From a virus, in the IMG/VR virus record IMGVR_UViG_3300027779_003464, positions 1 through 64,000 of that record: a DNA stretch of 64,000 nt; one strand, written 5' to 3'. Below, piece after piece: positions 59,270 through 64,000 of this stretch. The position numbers were made by a program, and so were the translations under genes. Below the pieces are notes generated by a model, which was not told where the DNA came from, did not search any database, and saw only the letters and a program-made list of their open reading frames with translations. How positions within the stretch are numbered: the stretch's first letter is position 1; each line of letters opens with the position of its first letter.

Positions 59270-60258
59270 GAATAGTTATATTCTATTATCTTAGAATCCC
59301 TAGCTGCTTTTGCCCACATATGATTTTTCCAAGCGTGAAAATACTTATCTGGTTTATTATATTTACCCATCGAATATACGATATACTTATATAAAATATC
59401 AGCAGCATCCTTAGTATTCTTTGCATTCTTGAAACTATTGAACTTAGATACTCCCATTTCTGACTTGATAAACTTAATCATTTCTAATATAGTATCGTAT
59501 GTACTTCCTATAATCTTATTATCTTTATATACTCCAGATTCAGCTAGTTTAACTAAAAGAGATTTTCTACGAGATCCCTGCCAACTTATTATTCCAAAAT
59601 TAGTAGCATGATTTTTTGGATCAGAATGGCTAGATGTTATTTTAGACCATCTTAAATTATTTTCTCTTCCTACGTTTCCTATTAAAGCTGCTATTGAATT
59701 AGTGTTCATTCCTAAACTTTTACCTCCTTTTCTAATAGATTCAGCTACCTCCTTTTGTTTATCTGAATTTCTAGAAATATATAATTTTGCCATTTCGAAA
59801 TTACTCTGTTCTTTTTTGCTAGAAAAAACTAACTTATTTGAATCAGAGTCATATACCTTTAAGCTTTTAGAGTATTTCTCATTTAATTCCTTTACACTTT
59901 TTTTGTTTTCAACAAGAGTCCACGACGTAGATCCCATTTTTTGATATTCCCAATATTTCTTAGACGAATCTATCTTATAATAAAAATTAGCCCTGCTTGA
60001 TATTTTGTGCTTATCATATCCAGGTTTAGCATATACTCCTAATTTCTTATTATATTTTGAATTTAATGCAGATACACTTTGCTCATTCTGAACAAAGAAC
60101 CAACTATCAGCATCCTTTTTCTTATACGCCCAATATTTTTTACTACTAGATACTTTGTATACATGGCTTGGACGCGAAGGTATAGTATACTTCTCTTCAT
60201 TATCTTTAGATACTTCTTTTTGTTCAAATATTTTAGTAAACGATATTATTCTTTTCAT
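59266..60258 (-). CDS. peptidoglycan hydrolase (phage tail lysozyme-like) with two N-terminal repeats
   Basis: IAALIGNVGREN..FGIISWQGSRR; duplicated ~55-aa module SR..YK..SSKKYW.Y.K..W..V.N..SV..LN.KY.K.L.VY; tag MKRIISFTKIFE. Confidence 0.65.
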   Translation of the reverse strand: MKRIISFTKIFEQKEVSKDNEEKYTIPSRPSHVYKVSSSKKYWAYKKKDADSWFFVQNEQSVSALNSKYNKKLGVYAKPGYDKHKISSRANFYYKIDSSKKYWEYQKMGSTSWTLVENKKSVKELNEKYSKSLKVYDSDSNKLVFSSKKEQSNFEMAKLYISRNSDKQKEVAESIRKGGKSLGMNTNSIAALIGNVGRENNLRWSKITSSHSDPKNHATNFGIISWQGSRRKSLLVKLAESGVYKDNKIIGSTYDTILEMIKFIKSEMGVSKFNSFKNAKNTKDAADILYKYIVYSMGKYNKPDKYFHAWKNHMWAKAARDSKIIEYNYS

Positions 60259-60273
60259 ATCTTAATTAAGAAT

Positions 60274-60357
60274 TTAATTTAATAGATCCTCCTGCTTTTT
60301 TAACCACTCTTCGGACACTGCTTCATTTAAACTATCGAAGGTTATTACTCTTTTCAT
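60274..60357 (-). CDS. 27-aa peptide consisting mostly of the capsid-targeting-like tag
   Basis: MKRVITFDSLNEAVSEEWLKKQEDLLN; N-terminus resembles that of the next gene (MKRIISF). Confidence 0.45.
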   Translation of the reverse strand: MKRVITFDSLNEAVSEEWLKKQEDLLN

Positions 60358-60425
60358 ATATCAAAGTTAGCTTTTATTATATAAATATTTATTAGAATTA
60401 TGATAAATAAAATAAAAGATTGCAA

Positions 60426-60632
60426 ATGGCTAAAAAGAAAAATTCGTCATACAATAATTATCTAAAATATTTAAATGGAACTGAGAAATTATCTAATGCT
60501 GTATTGCAGCATCCTGATGAGGCCGATGATAATAGTTCAATGTATTCATATATGAAGGGAGAAGTTAAAAGAAACATATGGATAATGCCGTGGAAGAAAT
60601 TTAGAAATATAGGTCTACCTAAAAAGAAATAA
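60426..60632 (+). CDS. small hypothetical protein (late)
   Basis: Late-type motif GATAAATAAAATAAAA at 60402-60417; ATG at 60426. Confidence 0.55.
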   Translation: MAKKKNSSYNNYLKYLNGTEKLSNAVLQHPDEADDNSSMYSYMKGEVKRNIWIMPWKKFRNIGLPKKK

Positions 60633-60641
60633 ACTTATTAC

Positions 60642-62597
60642 ATGAATGTTAAAGATGCTATAAAATTAATGTCCAATAAAGTAGGAGGTAAGTCGAGTAA
60701 TCAGGTGAGCCGACAGGCATCACTAGATGCTGTCAAAAAGACATTTGATGTACTACCTAATAATCTATTAGAAGTTGAACCGAATGACCCGAATATACAA
60801 AGGTTATTTTTCTATTTAACTGATCCTAAAAAATTAGAATATATTGAGGAATTTACTAAAAGCGAAGCATATGCTTTAGAACAAATAATAAAAAAAGAAG
60901 ATCCTTCTGGTGGTTCTAAAAAAATAGAAAATAATGATAAAGAGTATGCTAATTCATTTAGTGCCGCAGCTGTTCTGCTTGCTAGATTAGAAAAACTATA
61001 TAAAATATATTCTAAAGGAATAGAGCAGATAGAAATAGACAGGGATAAGCACCTAATTTCCTCTCTTAGAAACATGGGAATAGTATTAAATTTAGAGCCA
61101 ATTTTAGGTAAAGGCAATGTTGGTACCATCGGTAAAATTGGAGGTATTGATAGTGATATAGATAAAGACTCATTTGAGCTAATTGTAAAGAGAGAATCTC
61201 ACATCACATCTAAAAAAGATATACATAAAATTCTTAAAAAGCTTCCGGCAAGCAGTAATCTAAATAGTAGATCTAGGGGTAACCACCTAAAGACAATGAG
61301 CGATATTAAGAAAACTAGCTCTGACTCTATAAAGAGTTGGTATGAATGGGCATCAAAGACATTTGAAAAAACAATAGATACAATAGAAGCAGATGTAGAA
61401 GAAGATGCAGTAATAAAAATAGAAAACATAAAAGATTTTTCAGAAAGAGTTGGAGGAGATATTATATTAAATTTAGTAGTCAACCATAAAGGAAAAGAAA
61501 CTAGTTTTGGATCCAAAATTAAAGAAAAGGAATTATCTTTACCTAGCTCTAAAAATTTAAAGGAAAAAAGGCAATTATTAACTAGAATTAGACGAGTTCT
61601 TGGCGTAGCAGAGCTTCCTGCATTTGACGATAATCAAATACAAAGACAGGGAGATTACTTTAGATTGTTTAATACGTTAAGAAATGAGAATATTGGATGG
61701 ATGGATACAATACTATTAACTGATATATTTAAAGGAGAAACTAATAAGTTTAATGGGTTTAAACAATACATTGAAAACGAAAGTGCTGAAGAGGCCGAGC
61801 AACTTAATTACTTAACAGCATCTGAGCTTTGGATACTTAAATTTATTGAAAGCGACTATCTCGGGGATTTTAGTCCAAGGGAAATAAAGCAACATACTGC
61901 TACAATTCAATCCATGACTCTTGATAAATCTAAAGATATTAAAAACTCATATCTTTCAAAAGGATTTAATCTAGGTAACTTTAACTCTGTTCAAATTAAC
62001 CCAGAAATAAGTTTACCTTTATATAAAAAAGTTAAACTAGCAGTAAACGAAGCCGATAGAAAAAAAGAAAATCCCTTTAGAAATATAATGTCTGGGATTG
62101 GATCAGTAATAATGGGAATTATGCCAACTAAACTAGATAATTTTGATGCGGGCAGAGCAAAACAAAATAATGACCAAAATAAAGCAGTATTTAAAGGAAT
62201 AAGTAATGTAGTTAAAGGACTTGTTGGAATTACCGGAGGAAAAGATGCTGCTAGAAAATATGAAAAAGGTATGAAAAAAGTAACTAATAATATGGTATCA
62301 AAATCTATAGGTGCAACCACGTTTGATCAAAACGATAATTCTATAAAAGAGGATATGGTAGCTCCACTTGACAGCGGACCTGGGGCGTTTCACCAAACTG
62401 GTCCAAGTATGGGAGGGGGATTTTCCCATCCTGATGGAACACCGGATCCATTTGCACTGATTGGTCCAGCTAGAAACACCACAACAAATAAGAAGAAAAA
62501 GAAGAAGAAGACTAAACCGGTTGACTGGAGAAAGTCTAGTTCTTTTGCAAGTAGCAAAGTACTTTCTTTTTCAGATTTTATAAACAGAGACAGCTAA
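60642..62597 (+). CDS. large hypothetical protein, candidate virion protein
   Basis: C-terminal IKE-DMVAP.., poly-Lys stretch and VLSFSDFI tag. Confidence 0.6.
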   Translation: MNVKDAIKLMSNKVGGKSSNQVSRQASLDAVKKTFDVLPNNLLEVEPNDPNIQRLFFYLTDPKKLEYIEEFTKSEAYALEQIIKKEDPSGGSKKIENNDKEYANSFSAAAVLLARLEKLYKIYSKGIEQIEIDRDKHLISSLRNMGIVLNLEPILGKGNVGTIGKIGGIDSDIDKDSFELIVKRESHITSKKDIHKILKKLPASSNLNSRSRGNHLKTMSDIKKTSSDSIKSWYEWASKTFEKTIDTIEADVEEDAVIKIENIKDFSERVGGDIILNLVVNHKGKETSFGSKIKEKELSLPSSKNLKEKRQLLTRIRRVLGVAELPAFDDNQIQRQGDYFRLFNTLRNENIGWMDTILLTDIFKGETNKFNGFKQYIENESAEEAEQLNYLTASELWILKFIESDYLGDFSPREIKQHTATIQSMTLDKSKDIKNSYLSKGFNLGNFNSVQINPEISLPLYKKVKLAVNEADRKKENPFRNIMSGIGSVIMGIMPTKLDNFDAGRAKQNNDQNKAVFKGISNVVKGLVGITGGKDAARKYEKGMKKVTNNMVSKSIGATTFDQNDNSIKEDMVAPLDSGPGAFHQTGPSMGGGFSHPDGTPDPFALIGPARNTTTNKKKKKKKTKPVDWRKSSSFASSKVLSFSDFINRDS

Positions 62598-62654
62598 CTA
62601 ATTTGTAATATCCTATTCTGTATTTTTTAATAAATAATAAAAAGAATCTATAAT

Positions 62655-64000
62655 ATGGGCAATATGCCAACTTTACCATTAGTACCCATGATTAATGACT
62701 TGGCTAGCGGTGTATCCTTATCGCTTGGTGACGAAGCCGGCGATCAATTTCATCTTCTGCAAGAAGCATATAGAGAGAAAGGTGATGCAATCGTTGATAA
62801 ACATGAACCTGTTCCAGGATCTCAGTCTCTATTTAATCCATTTAAAATATTTAAATATAGTAAATTTGGATTAAGTGATTATAATTTAGATTTACATTTT
62901 GATACTCCAAATAGTTCAATGAACCAAAATGATAGAGCAGCAATGTCTGGTTTATCAAACGGGGATTCATATTCTGCTCCTGGTGAAGGAGGAGGAACTG
63001 TAACTTCTGGCGGATATGGAGAAATGGCAGCAAATTTCCAACCGTTTTCTGATACTAGACGGTGGATGGAAAATCCAACAGCTACAAATATTATACAATG
63101 GAGTAATCTTCAAACTCAAGCGGATAACACTGCAATTAGCCCTACACCATATGCTACTACTGATTTCCTATGGTGTAAGCATTATGGTAAAGTTCCAAAT
63201 AATAGAATGCTAACTCTTAGGAGATATGCTCTTCCAGTTGAAGATAACTTACAGATTAGACCGGATAAAGGTCCATTAGTTCCGACTGCCCAAGCAGTAA
63301 GCTGGTATGGAACTGATCTTGGAAATCCGCTTAATAGTATCTTAGGATTAAGTTGGGGAATGAATTGGACTGAAGATAAATCTAAAGTTCAAGATATAAC
63401 AGGTAATGAAATATCAGTAGAAGATATTGCGGCTGCTGCTGGCGTAGATGACCCAAAAGTCATAAATATCCTTAAAACTCAAGTTTTTTCTGGGAGTGGA
63501 GGAAAAGTAGACATACTTAAACTCGCAGGATACGATACAGAAATTCAAAAGTATATTAGAGAAGCATATTCTAACGATGGTCCATATTGGAATAGAGTAC
63601 TTGGTCCGGTCAACGTAATTGATAGTACTAAAAGAAGAGATAGAGGATTCACAAAGCAAAAGGGAATAACTATGAAATTTCATTATTCTCTTAGATCATA
63701 TGCTGGAATTAATCCTAAAATTGCATTCTTAGATTTATATTCTAATTTCTTGAGCTTGACTATGAATACTGCGCCGTTCTGGGGAGGAGGAGCTAGGTAT
63801 TTCCAAAAAACTGGAGTAACTCTTCCAGGTTTTGGTATAGAAAATAAAATGTTAGATGGCGATGTAATTGGAGCAATATCCTTAGGATCTAAGCAAATAC
63901 AACAAGCTGCACAACAAAATATTGAGCAATTAGTTGCTTTTGCTCAATCAATTAATGCAGGTAATTATAAAGGATCAAATTCAGATAAGGCAATTGAAGA
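62655..64000 (+). CDS. structural protein (possibly baseplate/tail initiator), 3'-truncated; absent from the ORF track
   Basis: ATG 62655 after late motif AATAAATAATAAAA (62629-62642); frame appears open to the window end; DFLWCKHYGKVPNNRMLTLRRY. Confidence 0.65.
   Translation, partial: MGNMPTLPLVPMINDLASGVSLSLGDEAGDQFHLLQEAYREKGDAIVDKHEPVPGSQSLFNPFKIFKYSKFGLSDYNLDLHFDTPNSSMNQNDRAAMSGLSNGDSYSAPGEGGGTVTSGGYGEMAANFQPFSDTRRWMENPTATNIIQWSNLQTQADNTAISPTPYATTDFLWCKHYGKVPNNRMLTLRRYALPVEDNLQIRPDKGPLVPTAQAVSWYGTDLGNPLNSILGLSWGMNWTEDKSKVQDITGNEISVEDIAAAAGVDDPKVINILKTQVFSGSGGKVDILKLAGYDTEIQKYIREAYSNDGPYWNRVLGPVNVIDSTKRRDRGFTKQKGITMKFHYSLRSYAGINPKIAFLDLYSNFLSLTMNTAPFWGGGARYFQKTGVTLPGFGIENKMLDGDVIGAISLGSKQIQQAAQQNIEQLVAFAQSINAGNYKGSNSDKAIE

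Noticed and set aside
522-63683. Many antisense or alternative-frame ORFs in the track (e.g. 522..917, 2826..3293, 12149..12712, 33153..33737, 53724..54044, 62851..63683)
   Set aside because: They overlap well-supported genes, have shadow-ORF composition and show no motifs
1-64000. Stop-codon reassignment (TAG or TGA) as in some huge phages
   Set aside because: Core genes are full length in code 11 and TAG ends several genes cleanly (e.g. 21333, 30096, 30538)

Overview
Very AT-rich, densely coded segment of a T4-like jumbo/huge myovirus in the standard genetic code, with a probable Bacteroidota (flavobacterial) host. The host inference rests on an Hc1-like histone, a Bacteroidota-type OMP beta-barrel, A-rich leaders without Shine-Dalgarno sites and a flavobacterial-type NrdJ. 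Core genes: major capsid protein, prohead protease/scaffold fusion, tail sheath and tube, gp32 SSB, RNase H, the N-terminal half of a split PolB, UvsX, gp41 helicase, gp46/47, UvsW/UvsY and two topoisomerase II subunits. Accessory genes: S1-like protein, GuaB/GuaC, cysteine synthase, class II RNR, GroES, DnaJ, dUTPase, dCMP deaminase, a TS-family enzyme with the cytosine-specifying Asp, and a 10-gene nonulosonic-acid/glycosylation cluster. The best candidate new system is a TROVE/vWA (Ro60-like, DUF2828-type) gene followed by a cassette of two covarying stem-closed ~55-nt RNA-like units sharing YTACAGCAAAYACTA, lying between a late-promoter motif and a terminator. Also visible: two phage promoter classes (ECF-like AAAC-N16/17-GTAWAA and late ATAAATAATAAAA), a family of capsid-targeting-like peptide tags, a five-unit 11-bp Pho-box-like array and a structured nrdJ leader. 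All calls come from reading motifs by eye; no database searches were run.
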